This document shows, in pieces, positions 17,111 to 17,217 of a stretch of 17,217 nt of DNA; the stretch's first letter is position 1, and each line of letters begins with the position of its first letter. The notes under the pieces were generated by a model. It saw only the letters and a list, made by a program, of their open reading frames with translations. It was not told the DNA's origin and did no database searches. The stretch is from Oligoflexales bacterium (lineage in GTDB: Bacteria > Bdellovibrionota_B > Oligoflexia > Oligoflexales > Bog-1112), in contig JBGCDR010000301.1 in NCBI GenBank assembly GCA_045105515.1, forward strand, positions 1-17,217, given 5' to 3'. The position numbers were made by a program, and so were the translations under genes.

Positions 17111-17217
17111 TCTTGCCGTCCAGAATTCAAAACAAATTTGTGCTTGAAAAAAATATTTTCATCAAAATTCCCCTTCCTAAGATGTGTTTAAGAGCTAATA
17201 AGAGAAAAATCTTAAGT

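Noticed and set aside
1..17217. CRISPR arrays, tRNA/rRNA genes, IS elements, sigma54 promoters
   Set aside because: No regularly spaced repeats, cloverleaf motifs, transposase or integrase ORFs were seen. The TGGCAC sites at 458 and 11553 lack a properly spaced TTGC.

Overview
AT-rich bacterial chromosomal window. The gene content is suggestive of Bdellovibrionota/Oligoflexia or a related deltaproteobacterium-like lineage; this is inference only. Left to right it holds: a doubtful ORF; an apparently frameshifted membrane protein ending in a DUF3817-type domain; a DedA protein; a GAF + HD-GYP c-di-GMP phosphodiesterase; a bestrophin/YneE channel; a lipoprotein with an acidic linker and DUF642-like domain; rsmI and glnS (divergent); a small exported hypothetical; a universal stress protein; and a right-hand block of three exported proteins. 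That block is a beta-barrel + OmpA protein, an 857-aa ABC1/UbiB-like atypical kinase and an AT-rich secreted hypothetical. The kinase is the most unusual element. It has a lipoprotein-like signal, an intact catalytic core, altered UbiB-specific regulatory motifs, a 756-residue Cys-free body, an Ala/Gly hydrophobic helix and a 6-Cys tail, which resembles an exported effector or toxin rather than a ubiquinone-biosynthesis factor. Several unannotated small ORFs sit in the intergenic gaps. No rRNA, tRNA, CRISPR array or mobile element was recognised.
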